DNA of 64,000 bases from Phoronis australis (Eukaryota > Animalia > Phoronida), in the NCBI GenBank assembly GCA_002633005.1, contig NMRA01000818.1, positions 32,485 through 96,484 of the forward strand. The letters run 5' to 3'. The notes beneath the pieces are model-generated. The model was given only the letters and a program-made list of their open reading frames with translations. It was not told the DNA's origin and ran no database searches. Below, in pieces: positions 14,038 to 26,756 of this stretch; positions within the stretch are counted from its first letter, which is position 1; every line of letters starts with the position of its first letter. A program made the translations under genes and the position numbers.

Positions 14038-15207
14038 CGTTCGGCTATCACGAGGGCGCGTTGCCTACTCCCGAGTTTGCTAGATGGATTACTCGGATGT
14101 CCAGGGTTCACTTTCTTGGACGGGATGGTCTCCGTCCATGGTGACGGAGGTCAGAGATCCATAAAGACTTGAAGAATCCGTAAGGAGCCCCCTATCGCTA
14201 GGTTGCACCAGTACGGAACTTCAGCTCTAGGCATCTCTAGGTCTTGAAGAAGATTGTTATTGTCTTCAAACCATGCTCCTCTGGCTCCAATCACCACAGG
14301 GTAAATCGCAACGGAGTCAACTCCCAGTCTCTCTTGTAGTATGGGCTGGAGTACAGCGTACTTCTCAACCTTCTTTCTGTAGGCAGATCGAAGGGATTCA
14401 TACGAATCATACCACACAATGGTTGGATCTATAACAAGAGCGTGGCGTTGGTGGTTAACGGCTACAATGTCTGCTACTGGCGTTGACTCCTGTCCGTTGT
14501 CGTTCAGAACTGTGATGTGGGGTTCCACCTGGTTACGCATCCCCTTAGATTTGAGGAATTGCACCACCCTCCATGTGCCGAGCTATTCTATTGGCTTTCA
14601 CAGAGTGACACGCCCCAAGAATGTGACCCAGTGTCTCAATTGTCCTATGACAGCGTCGGCACCGGGAATCCCGGTTCTGTCGGCCTCTGTTAATCGCCTT
14701 GCGTGTTGGATACGTGTTAGTTCTCATTCTCAACGCACCAATAACTTCACCTTCACTGAAAAACGAATAGCCTTAAAGCCATTTGTTACTCTCCGGGCCG
14801 AAGAAGTCGGCCCCCTTACCCTGACGGCCCAATGCTGTCCACTTCTTCAGTTCAGATGATTGCCAGTTCTTACCAAGCCTGTCATCGCCATTAGCATATT
14901 TACCTTCAAGATCCTTCACCTTCTCGGAAAGCTTATTCCGAAGACAAATGGCCACCGATAACGGATCAGTTTCTTTCAGGAGCGCACTGTATCTTTCAAG
15001 AAGCAAGAGAGGGAGCTGGTAGCGGAAGCACGGAAAGCCGAGCCCTCCTCTCTTTGAAATGTAGAAGAAAGAATTGTTGATGCTATCGCTCAACTTCAGC
15101 CATGTCCTAACCCAGAACTGTACTTCTTTGTCTAACTCATTGAGGACACCAACCGCAGTATTATGAACCATACTAAGCTGATGGAATAGCTTAGGGCAGA
15201 CATAGTC
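14038..15207 (-). mobile_element. R2 3' fragment with native C-terminus and 3' UTR
   Basis: CRRC..ETLGHILGAC, endonuclease motif VIDPT, KKVEKY; ends GGSLRILQVFMDL* followed by about 110 nt of UTR-like sequence. Confidence 0.85.
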
Positions 15208-15552
15208 TTGTTCTTTAAAGTTATGCATGACATGGAAAATGTTGCGCTCCTTTCCATTGTCCTGCATCATTTCTATAGCTCCTCAGTTTCCCTATGCAAT
15301 CCAACCTGCTTTGCTAAACTGTCACACAATCGTCTCGTCTTCTAGCGGCAACAATGATAACGATACTGTTATAATAATAATGTATTGAAGAAATAAAAAT
15401 TATGTAAGCAATAGTTACAATATAGCTCGCAAGGTTCACACGTGTTTCACGTACGTCATATGTTCTTGGAATGAAACCAACTACTAACAAAGAGTTCTGC
15501 AAGGCTCGGAATTTTCCGCGGAAACGCGGATTTCCGCTTTTTTCTTTTAGCC

Positions 15553-15670
15553 GTCCTTTCGAGCAGGGGCTTCGCTCCATGTCATACCTTGATTGCACCG
15601 GTTACAGTTCTTATTTGCTGACAGTAACTGATTGTTCTGAAAGAAAGCCACTGTGTCCTCCAAAGTGCGG
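15553..15670 (-). mobile_element. Duplicated 5' fragment of Merlin element 2
   Basis: Near identical to 21294-21410. Confidence 0.8.
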
Positions 15671-16207
15671 GTCACGTGAAACACATCTCGAAGTCTAATG
15701 TTTTGAAAGTTCATTATTTCTTAATTATTTTTTAGAGATATTTGTGAGTTGACTGAGAAAATTAAGGCATTTGTGACTTGATTGAGAAAATGTCATGGCC
15801 AATTTTATAAACTGTCACATAATCGTTTTAATAGGGCTGCAGTGTGCAGCCATTGCCTGTTCACTGCATTTTTGTCCTGAGTACCCATGTCCTCAAAGTC
15901 ACCACTGAAAGTAATGATGTACTTCTTGATATCAAAGAAAGATGATCACATTTTGATCAATGTTCTCTTGTCTCAAATTTTGTGAATGTTGTCATAGATG
16001 GCTTTTCTGATGTAAAATTTCGTTATTTGCTGTCTATGTGGTGTTGAACCCATCTCCATGGAAACTGGTTAGCACTGCTCTCTTTAAGACATCAAAGTAC
16101 TCAATTGTCCGTTTCTCTAGAGCATACTTGGATTGTAGATGTTAGTCCATCCTCATAGGAACAGTGGTACAACTGGTAAAGCCTAATCGTCAGTCTTCTT
16201 TGCTCAG

Positions 16208-17692
16208 GCTTAGTTTTAATTGTTAACTCAATCGTGCTCTTCTCCGTTCAGGCTTAGTCTTAAGATGGCCTCTTTGGAATGTTGCACAAGAATGGATATG
16301 GCATTGTCTTGTTCCATCAGGCTTAGGTCTTGGTTTTTAGCTCGGTCTTCATGGTCTTGTTCCATCAGGCTTAGTGTTAATTTTCAGCTCATTCATTATT
16401 GTCTTCCCCAGCCACAATTAGTCTTGCACTTTCATAGTGCTTAGTGTTAATTGTTAGCTCAATCATACTTTTTTCCGTTCAGGCTTAGTCTTAAGATGTC
16501 CTCTTTGGAATGTTGCGCATTCCAAGAATGGATATGGCATTGTCTTCTTCGATCAGGCTTAGGTCTTGGTTTTTAGCTCGGTCTTCATGGTCTTGTTCCA
16601 TCAGGCTTAGTGTTAATTTTCAGCTCATTCATTATTGTCTTCCCCAGCCACAATTAGTCTTGCACTTTCATAGTGCTTAGTGTTAATTGTTAGCTCAATC
16701 ATNNNNNNNNNNNNNNNNNNNNNNNNNNNNNNNNNNNNNNNNNNNNNNNNNNNNNNNNNNNNNNNNNNNTAGATGACTTTTCTGATATAAAATTTCGTTA
16801 TTTGCTGTCTATGTGGTGTTGAACCCATCTCCATGGAAACTGGTTAGCACTGCTCTCTTTAAGACATCAAATTACTCAATTATCCGTTTCTCTAGAGGAT
16901 GCTTGGATTGTAGATGTTGGTCCATCCTCATAGGAACAGTGGTACAACTGGTAAAACCTAATCGTCATAGTCTTCTTCGATCAGGCTTAGTGTTAATTGT
17001 TAGCTCAATCATGCTCTTCTCCGTTCAGGCTTAGTCTTAAGATGGCCTCTTTGGAATGTTGCACAAGAATGGATATGGCATTGTCTTGTTCCATCAGGCT
17101 TAGGTCTTGGTTTTTAGCTCGGTCTTCACGGTCTTGTTCCATCAGGCTTAGTGATAATTTTCAGCTCATTCATTACTGTCTTCCCCAGCCACAATTAGTC
17201 TTGCAGTTTCATAGTGCTTAGTGTTAATTGTTAGCTCAATCATGCTGTTGTCTGTTCAGACTTAGTCTTAAGATGTCCTCTTTGGAATGTTGCACATTCC
17301 AAGAATGGATATGGCATTGTCTTCTTCGATCAGGCTTAGGTCTTGCTTTTTAGCTCTGTCTTCATGGTCTTGTTCCATCGGGCTTAGTGATAATTTTCAG
17401 CTCATTCATTATTGTCCTCTCCAGCCACAATTAGTCTTGCAATTTCATAGTGCTTAGTGTTAATCGTTAGCTCAATCATGGTTTTCTCCGTTCAGGCTTA
17501 GTCTTAAGATGTCCTCTTTGGAATGTTGCGCATACCAAGAATGGATATGGCATTGTCTTCTTCGATCAGACTTAGGTCTTGGTTTTTAGCTCGGTCTTCA
17601 CGGTCTTGTTCCATCAGGCTTAGTGTTAATTTTCAGCTCATTCATTATTTTCTTCCCCAGCCACAATTAGTCTTGCACTTTCATATTGCTAC
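16208..17692. repeat. 231-236 bp tandem satellite blocks, interrupted by a gap and a spacer segment
   Basis: Unit starts GCTTAGTGTTAATTGTTAGCTCAATC at 16985, 17216, 17452; the same unit occurs near 27784, 36244, 43197, 50290, 56874. Confidence 0.9.
16703..16769. other. Assembly gap (N run); single-N gaps also at 34798, 49555, 56658
   Basis: N characters. Confidence 1.
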
Positions 17693-18956
17693 ATATGCAA
17701 AGGCAGCAACAGTGTGGCTATTGGCAGAATACCCTTGCCCTTCTCTTTCCAAAGTACAGATCAGGGAAACCATACAGAGGAGAAAGAGAACCGGTGAAAT
17801 CGGATCACCTTGTTTAACACCACGCTCCATGGGAATGTCACTTTTCCCCTTTTGCAAACTGAAATATGTCCCACTGTTGTGGTCTATATCAGCTACAATT
17901 TTTATAAAGTGCGGGTGCACTTTAAGGGGTTCGAGGCCACTGATGAGATGTGCACGCTCGACGGTGTCAAACGCTTTCGCCAAGTCCAAGACGGCCATAC
18001 AAATTTCCCCACCGTCAGATTTGACCTGGCGCAGGAGCTGTTCAACTAGGGAAGTGTTTATGGCACATCCCGGTTTATGTATAAAGCCCTTTCGCCGATC
18101 GCAAAGTGGCACCGCAGCCAGAAGTCTTCGAGCAAGAATCTTCGTGTATAGTCTCAATACAATACTCGATATCGTCAGCGGTCTCCAGTTGTCAATGTCC
18201 TCCAGGTTCTCGGTACCCTTAGGAAGAAGTATCGATCGCCCAGATTTCAAAGACTCCGGGATAACACCAATGAGGTTGACTTCTTTAACAGCATCAGAGC
18301 TACCAAAAGCATTTTGTATGTGTCATACACTAACGTTGGGTCGAGCGGACAACGACAGTCCCCTTTACCATCAAGGAGCTGTCCAGCTAAGGTTTTGTGG
18401 TTGGAATCAAAGAGAGTCTGAACTTTCTGGAAAGAAGCGGCCTTCTTTCCTTTCACTCCAGCCCCCTTTCGCCGGTTTCCAAAGCTCGGTTGTGTTGGTT
18501 TGCTCGAGGTTACTGCTGATGCCATCGTGGTGGCATGATCGGCTGCAGTAACTACGTCAGTGAAGCACTTGCAAAAGGTTTCGTATGCGGCAGCCTTAGG
18601 TTCCAAATTGTGAAGATCTTTGCCCACAGCTACACACAAGTCACGGATGTTGTCCCTCCAAGCGGCCTCGGAATTGATGTCTTGTGTCCGTTCCTTGACT
18701 GTTGTCTCCTTGTCACTTAACACGCCCCTCCTTTTCAGATCGGAGATCTTACTAGAGAGTTGCGTAGATGTTTTTCCTGGCAAGAGGCCCAGCGCCACCA
18801 GAGCTTGACACCAACGTTTCTTGCCTTCTCGCATTGCACGCAAACAGAATTCTGATAGTATATTGACTTCTTCAACTGACCAGACTGACTTCCTAGCAGT
18901 GCCCCCTTTCAGAAGACGAGCCAACGTACGCTCGGTTCGTTTTCTCACCACATCAG
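17693..18956 (-). mobile_element. R2 internal fragment (Myb to RT) with internal deletions
   Basis: VWSVEEVNIL, NWRPLTI, LDLAKAFD, GVKQGDPISP; ends just before YADD. Confidence 0.9.
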
Positions 18957-19634
18957 ATAATACGTTTCACTAAATGCAAATGATACTGAGAAAAAACAGC
19001 TTTATAAATACTGCCGTCAATGGTTTCATTAATAAGGCTTTTTTAAAGAATAGACGTCGAAGTAAAAGTATTAGGATAAGGTCAATAAATTGTTTCTGTT
19101 TTTCATTGTAATATTGGTGTTATATTTTTGAATTTTTCTAATGTACAAATCTCAACTTTCTCGTTACGTTCTTACCTCATTTGAATCTGGGGTGTATTCA
19201 TCGCCAGACAAGCAAATTTTGGGGCTTGATGGGCACCACTAGAATTTAAAGAGATGTGGTTCTTCAAAAATGTCTGAATCAACTTGAAATGTTTTAAGTA
19301 TGCAAAGTAAACACACTTACATAGATGTTATGTCTAATATTAAAACTTGAATCACAAATAAAAATTAGTTGTAAGGACTACATAAATTGTGTTTGATAAT
19401 TTCGATGATATATCTGTGTGCTTAGTTACACTGAGATGGCATAATGAGATTTTACAAGCTGAAAATCATACATTTGGAACAACTGGTCTCCAAGCCAGAT
19501 TAGACAGGATACTTGGTCCAGTAGCAGGTGATGGCTCAATGACAGGAAGGTCAAATTTCTCACTGTGTGGCTAAAATGAAAACACAGTTTCTGTTAGCCA
19601 TTTCATTTATGGTTCCAGTGTAATTAGAGATTCT

Positions 19635-19798
19635 TAAAGACTTGAAGAATACGCAAGGAGCCCCCTATTGCTAGGTTGCACCAGTACGGAACTTCAGCTT
19701 TAGATATCTCTAGGTTTTGAAGAAGGATGTTATTGTCCTCTAACAATGCTCCTCTGTCCCCAGTCACCACTGGATAAGTCTCAACGGTGTAAACTCCC
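19635..19798 (-). mobile_element. Diverged R2 C-terminal fragment
   Basis: Homologous to 14163-14325. Confidence 0.75.
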
Positions 19799-20313
19799 AT
19801 CAGGCTTAGTGTTAATTTTCAGGTCACTCATTATCGTCTTCTCCAGTCACAATTAGTCTTGCAGCTTCATAGTGCTATTGCTCTTCGGTGCTCTTGTCAT
19901 GATTTACTGTAGGAAAAGGTGTTTGCCTATCTCCAAGTAACTGCGTGTTGCTTTTATAGTTTAGACAACAACACTTCACAATAACTCAATGATAACAAGA
20001 CTGATAAATGGTCAATGGCAAAACAACATACACATGCTTCAAAGACTTCAGCATAACTTTTATAACCACAATTCATTTACAATAACACAATCAAAAAAAC
20101 TTCAAAAATACAAGACTGATAATTGGCAAAACACATGTTACGAACAAGAACTCATGCCTCAAAGACTACAGGTTAACTATTATAACCAGGAGTGTTTGTG
20201 TGTACATAATATTAACGTGTTTAAAACAAAAAAAACTTCACTGCGGCTGTGCCGCCAACTAATAACTTAACTTACGAACACTGAAGACTTTTGCACCTAT
20301 GTACAATAACAAT

Positions 20314-21434
20314 TTACACAACGTGTTGTTGAGCAATGTCCATTATAACTTGTTGGATTGCTGGCCCTCCAACTCGGTGCTTCCGTATCCAATGGTACTC
20401 AGATAAGTACGTGTTCAAGAGAGGTCCCCTTTTGTGAGTGCCGCACATGCGCTTGTGTTTCTGTTTTTCATCATTCCACATGCTCTCAGCGGTGTTTGTG
20501 CGGATACTTGGATCTGCCGGGTCATACAAAGTGGATTGAGTGGTTTATCACGTCGTGCTGGTACTGCAGGTTCGCTAGGCCGCGCTACGATCTCCACTCG
20601 TCCCTTATTCTGGTTCCTGGCGCGACGTTGGCGGTGATTAAAGGGATCAACATATTAGCGTCACGCCGCCTAACTGGAATTAAGAACGTCTCCTGCTTGT
20701 TTGTCCTGTTGATTCCACCGAGCACCCAGCGTCCGTCGACTCGTCTACCTCGGTTGTATTTACTTCGACCAAGCTTAGATTTGTCCGTCTGAAACGGAAA
20801 ACGGTAGAATGTTTCAATACACAGTGGTAATAACTGCATTACTTTTAGCATTTGAAGGTGGCTAATAAATGGCCACAAAAGCTCCATTTCAAGAACAATA
20901 GGCGTTAGAACTACGTGTCATCTGCGTAACCTTTATGCACACTATTGTGATGAACCAAATAGGGTCTGGTCAAAAACGAAATTGCATTAACATGATTTAT
21001 TGGGAAACTGCGACGGTGGTTACCTCCACTATGGAGCCGGGTCCTCCAATCTGCCGCTGATTCCTTACAAAGTGCTCCGTGCACACGTCCCTTATGAAAT
21101 TATTCCAGTCAACAAGGGTCCTACTGCTCCGGATGGAAAGCTCGTCTCGTATTTGAGCCATGGTGAAGGTGTCCATGGCCCAAAAGTAGATAAACTGTAT
21201 AAGTTTGTCGAGTCCCAAGTTTGACTCTGCGAAGAAACTTCCATCTCGGATGGCCAGCGAAGTTTTACATGGGCTGCACCGCCATACGAAGCTGTCCTTT
21301 CGAGCAGGGGCTTCGCTCCATGTCATACCTTGATTGCACCGGTTACAGTTCTTATTTGCTGACAGTAATTGATTGTTCTGAAGGAAAGTCACTGTGTCCT
21401 CCAAAGTGCGAAGTCTAAAGTCTTGTAATTTCAT
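20314..21434 (-). pseudogene. Merlin transposase pseudogene 2 with a predicted GT-AG intron (20789-21023)
   Basis: CNRC..WRCSPC..IRDGSFF; IGGPGSIVE|TDKSKLG.SKYNRGR..WVLGG; RRRDAN; TNTAESMW; YLSEY. Confidence 0.85.
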
Positions 21435-21509
21435 TATTTCTTAATTTATTTTTTGAGAGATATTTGTGACATGACTGAGAAAATGTTACTGTCAAATTAA
21501 TGACTTGCG

Positions 21510-22506
21510 TCTGGAGTACAGTGTACTTCTCAACCTTCTTTCTGTAAGCAGATCGAAGGGATTCATACGAATCATCCCACACAATGGTTGGATCTATGAC
21601 AAGAGCGTGGCGTTGGTGGTTAACGGCCACAATGTCTGGTACTAGCGTTGACTCCTGTCCGTTGTCGTTCAGAACTGTGATGTGGGGTTCCACCTGGTAA
21701 TGCATCACCTTAGATTTGAGGAATTGCACCACCCTCCATACAATTCTGTTCTTCCGACCTATTCTGTTGGCTTTGACAGTGACACGCCCCAAGAATGTGA
21801 CCCAGTGTCTCAACTGTCCTATGACAGCGTCGACACCAGGAATCCCAGTTCGGTCGGCCTCTGTTAATCGCCTCGCATGTCGGATACGTGTTAGATCTTG
21901 TTCTGAACGCACCGATAACTTCACCTTCACTGAAAAACGAATAGCCGCAAAGCCATTTGTTACTCTCCGGGCCGAAGAGGTCGGCCCCCTTGCTCTGACA
22001 GCCCAATGCTGTCCACTTCTTCAGTTCAGATGATCGCCAGTTCCTACCAAGCCTGTCATCGCCATTAGCATATTTACCTTCAAGATCCTTCACCTTCTCG
22101 GAAAGCTTAGTCCGAAGACAAACAGCCACCGATAACGGATCAGTTTCTTTCAGGAGCGCACGGTATCTTCCGAGGATCAAAAGAGGGACCTGGTAGCCGA
22201 AGCACTATAAGCCGAGCCCTCCTCTCTTCTTTGAAATGTAGAAGAAGGAATTGTTGATGCTATCGCTCAACTTCAGCCATGTCCTAACCCAGAACTGTAC
22301 TTCTTTGTCTAGCTCACTGAGGACACCAACCGCAGTATGACCCGTGCTAAGCTGGTGGAATAACTTAAGGCAGACATAGTCTGTCAAGATGGTCACACGT
22401 TGAGTGGGCTTAAGTCCTCGAAATGAATGCAAGTTGTTACCATGACGCCGAAGGCACTCAATAGGATTGCTCACCACAGTTCCTCTCCATGGATCGAATC
22501 TGCTCC
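21510..22506 (-). mobile_element. R2 thumb/linker/endonuclease fragment
   Basis: KKRGGLG, CRRC..ETLGHILGAC, LVPDIV..VIDPT; frameshifted. Confidence 0.9.
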
Positions 22507-24640
22507 GTTTTTGTGCGACACAAAAACGTAGCTACCCTCGCTATTTAAGTGTCGTGTACAGTCTATAAAATTCAACTGCTCTTCATGAACCTCAACAGGA
22601 ACAAAGATTGTTGATTTCAGACCTGCGGCTGCCGTTTTATGATGGGATAACTGGAAAAAAGAATACTATTGAGTTCATTTTGCGCATTTTGCTAAAGTCA
22701 TACATTCACTGAAATCAGAGTAAAAATATTATATGTTATTGAGTTTAAGTTTCACAACCACTAATGTTATGCATTCTCTGAAGGTAGAGTAAAATTATTG
22801 CAACAGGTTTCTTCTCAAATACAACTGATAGCATGATTAGCATGGATTTAGGCCTCTTGTACTGGCCCTCATTTCGTCGACTACGAGAAAAAACACGTGG
22901 TACTTGTATTGATGGCCCACTATGTGACTTGTAGCATTTTGAACACTCTCTATCTCTAGGTTTGTAATATCGCCTGCTCTTTTGGCATTGGTGACTTGCA
23001 AGAAGAGACGGAGAGCATTCCTTCTGTGCACGAGGTTGTGGGAGTTGCGGTGGTCGGAATGATAACGGCTATTGATGTACATCTTTACTTGCCATCGTTG
23101 GACACCTTGGGGCAGGGAGATTAGGTCGCTGAAAAAGTGATGACGTTTAGTACATGCATCATCATTTCAGATGACTAAATTGCCATGCAAAGACCATTTT
23201 GTCACTGAGTAAGGTCTATGGCTGAACAGTCGGCATCTGGCCTTTTTGCGACTCTACAAAGCGTTCAAAGTAAATTTTTGATTCATAGCCTTCAAAAGCT
23301 TAGTTATTTAGCAAATGGAAAAAAATCAACTGTAAAATTTCATAGGAAACTATAATTTATAGGACACTGTTTCATGTGAAACTGGTCTTACCTTTTCATT
23401 TTCTCGGTCTGTACATCCTTTGTTAGACTGACAGCGCAGTTTTTGATATAGCCATATATTCCTTTTATGTCGCCAACTCTTACATTGAGATGGCGCAGCC
23501 ACCGGGGACTGTTCTAAGAAAATTCTAAGAACTTTTGGGTGTAGTGTAGATAAATCTTGATGGTTTCTGAGCTAAAATACAAAAGGTTTATCAGGGTGTA
23601 AAATTCAAATTAGGATTCACTGTCTGAACCTTCATTACCTGTTGCAGTTTATTATGTCACCAAATGTAAAATAAACAGAACTATTGTTCATCAAGACTAA
23701 AACATAGCTTAACTTATTTGTGACTTGACTGAGAAAATTGTTTGGTAAATTTGATGACTTACGTCTTTCCATTCTCTTGCATTATCTCAATTGTGGCTCC
23801 TGGTTTACCTATGGCGTCGAGGGCCATCAAACCCTCCTTCGAAAACTGCCGCACAATGGCGTTTATCCCGCTCCGGTGGGCGGCCATTGTCTTTTCTCCC
23901 CGTCTTTGCCCTAACGATCCACGGTTTTTTAAGTCGCCACTGAAAGAATCGACCAGTTTTTGATATCAAAGAAAGTACAACCTTTTGATCAACAGACTCA
24001 GTTATCAAATATTTTGAATGTTGTCATTGATGTTTGATATAAGGTTTAATCATTGGCTGTCTGGATGGTTAAACATAAGCCGTTAGGTTGTCAACTACTC
24101 ACACGTAGTCCTCCAAGACTTTCGAAAAACTGTCCATTTCCATGGTCACGGGGGCCAGCACAGCTCTCTTGAGCATGTTCGTATATTCCGGTGTCCCCTT
24201 TTTCAAGCCATGCTTGGCTTGAAGGTGCTGATCCACTCTGGTTGTTACCGTTGTGCAACCAGCAAAAGGACACACATGCCTTTTGGTGCTCGACTTTGGT
24301 AGCTTTTTTTGGTATACACTACCATGGACAGCTTCGACGTGGCGCTTTAGGTTCACGACCATTGCGCCACACTCCTGGCACTGCCTTTGTTTTCTTTTTG
24401 TTTTTTTGTCAGGCACAGGTTCCTTTAAAAGAAATGAAATACATCGTGATTAAATTTCTTACTCTGAAATTTTTGTGACCATTCACAAATTCTTGTCAAT
24501 GTCTTAACATGCATGGCTTTCACTTAAAGGCGTCCTGAAATGTTATGTTTTAACAAATTTTTACTTTTTGTATGGCTTTAGTTTTAACTTACTGGTTCAG
24601 ATTCAGACGATGGAAAGTCTGTTGGTTGTGAAGATAGCTG
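22507..24640 (-). pseudogene. Intron-containing C2H2 zinc-finger plus tyrosine recombinase gene (Crypton-like/unclassified YR element), degenerate and 3' truncated
   Basis: CQECG..NLKRHVEAVH and CPFAGC..VDQHLQAKH fingers; LFLQVTNAKRAGDITNLEI (YR box-I-like Arg); HHKTAAAG; GTAAG donors and pyrimidine-rich AG acceptors. Confidence 0.65.
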
Positions 24641-26591
24641 CAAACAGAAAAGCATTTAATTTGGTGAGAGCCAGTTTAGTACAACTTCATATGTCGTGTT
24701 ACATTTGTATGACATTTTAGTAACTTTAAACGTAACTTTTCGTAGTCTGAAATGTAACATTTCAAGTATTATTGTATTGAAGGGAGGTAGCTTTTTCGTA
24801 AAGTGTTAATTTGATCCAGATGATATGTTTCACTAAATCCAAATGATTCTGAGAAAAGACTGACTGCTTTACAAATATTTCCATCAATGGTTTCATTAAT
24901 AAGGCTTTTTTTCAAGAATAGACATCAAAGATTAAAAAAAAGGATTAGGTTGAGATCAATAAATTGTTTCTGTTTTTCGTTGTAATATCGGTGATATGTC
25001 TTTGAATTTTACTAATGAACCCCATCTCAACTTTTTCATTTCTTTCTTACCTCATTTGAGTCTGGGGTGTATTCATCGCCTGACGAGCAAATTTCGGGGC
25101 TTGATGGGCACCACTAGAATTTAAAGAGATGTGGTTCTTCAAAAATGTCTAAACCAACTTGCAATGTTTTTAGTTTGCACAATAAACACACTTACATAGA
25201 TGTTATGTCTAATATTAAAACTTGCATTTAATTTGGAATGTGTCAACTATAATTGATGTCTGGTTTAGACATGGCCGTGGTATATGGGACTCAGAATCAC
25301 AAATAAAAATTAGTTGTAAGGACTACATAAATTGTGTTTGATAATTTCGATGATATATCTGTGTGTTGAGTTACACTGAGACGGCATAATGAGATTCAAC
25401 AAGCTGAAAACCATACATTTTGAATGACTGGTTTCAAAGCCAGAGGAGACAGGATACTTGGTCCAGCAGCAGGTGATGGCTCGTTGACTGGAGGGTCCTC
25501 ACTGTGTGGCTATAATGAAAACACAATATATGTTAGACTGACTTCCTAGCAGCGCCCCCTTTCTGAAGACAAGCCAGCGTATGCTCGGTTCGCTTCCTCT
25601 CCACATCAGCCCTTGCTCTAGCTATTGTCCCCTCATTACGGAGAATAGGGTGCCTGTGCCGTTCATGTTGGCTAAGGCCAGTCCTAGAAGGACAAGAGAA
25701 GGGGTATGCGGAGCACTTGAATCGTCCTGGAATTGCTAGATTGTCAATCGGTCCTTTGCACTTTGCGTAGAGACAAGGATAGTCAATTTTGCATTTGCCG
25801 CATTTACTCTGTGTTACTATGGCGTATCCTCAAATGTTTGTGTAGTGGCATGGGGCTCAAGAAAAATTCTAAGCACTGAGGGCAATCGAATCTATTGCCA
25901 GGATACATGGCTGTACTGCCGCCAGAAACCACCTGATTACCAAGAGGGTCCTCGACAAGATCCACATCCTCCCCTCCATTTAGGGGCACTACGTTAAGAG
26001 GGCCCTCAGCGGGTGTTTCTTGGACTCTCCCTGCCAAATGACGGGAATCGGTGACGTGCTCTGCTGATGCTTCGGTTACACTTGATGTAGAGGGTACCAC
26101 ACTGGTATCACGCGTAGCTCGCACTTGAGAGGCCCCAGATGAGTTGGACCACTCATCGGTAATACAAAGTAGAGAGTTTGAACCTTATGGCACCAACTGT
26201 ACTCTCATCAACAGTTAGTGTTGCACCACATGCAGAGTTACCACAGTCCCCATGGGAAGGACATGAGGTTGCCAATGACCATGGATTTTGATGGCTTACG
26301 CCAGTTCCAAAACTGGAGTGCTCAGCTATACACTCCCACGGGTTTGCCAGTTCAGTCTGAGGTTCCTGAACATAGCCAGGGAGTTCTCGGCTATTCTCCC
26401 TCACCCCACCTTGAGACGGCCCCCGATGTGTAACAAGGGTCGTCAGGCGCCTGGGTTCCCCATTGTTTATGTTAATATTCTTGTCCATGGCAGTCGGTTG
26501 TAGGTTAAGTTAACGTCTAAACCTAAGGAAAGACGGCCCCTTGTCTAAGACATTCCGTTATTGGATATGCCGTCGACAAGCAGCGTTGTGG

Positions 26592-26756
26592 TTTGGCTCC
26601 TTAGCAAAGTATCACGTCCACTATATTCCTGTCGGGCAGATCAATAACTATAACCGACTATCTAAAGTAGTCAGTTATAACAGAATATACAGTACACGGG
26701 TCACCTACCCAACTCTTGCCACAAGGAGGCGACCAAATACCACCATTAAGAGAGTC
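26592..26756 (-). ncRNA. HDV-like self-cleaving ribozyme at R2 5' end (copy 1)
   Basis: P1 GACTCTC/AAGAGTT, P3 GCC/GGC, L3 TCCTTGT, GG for P1.1, long P4 hairpin, J4/2 GCTAA, P2 TTTGG/CCAAA; folded by eye. Confidence 0.75.

Noticed and set aside
16220-17221. Recurrent 60-75 aa plus-strand ORFs (MLAQSCSSPFRL..., MVLNPSPWKLV...)
   Set aside because: They recur only because the DNA is repeated; the ancestral coding sense is the minus strand
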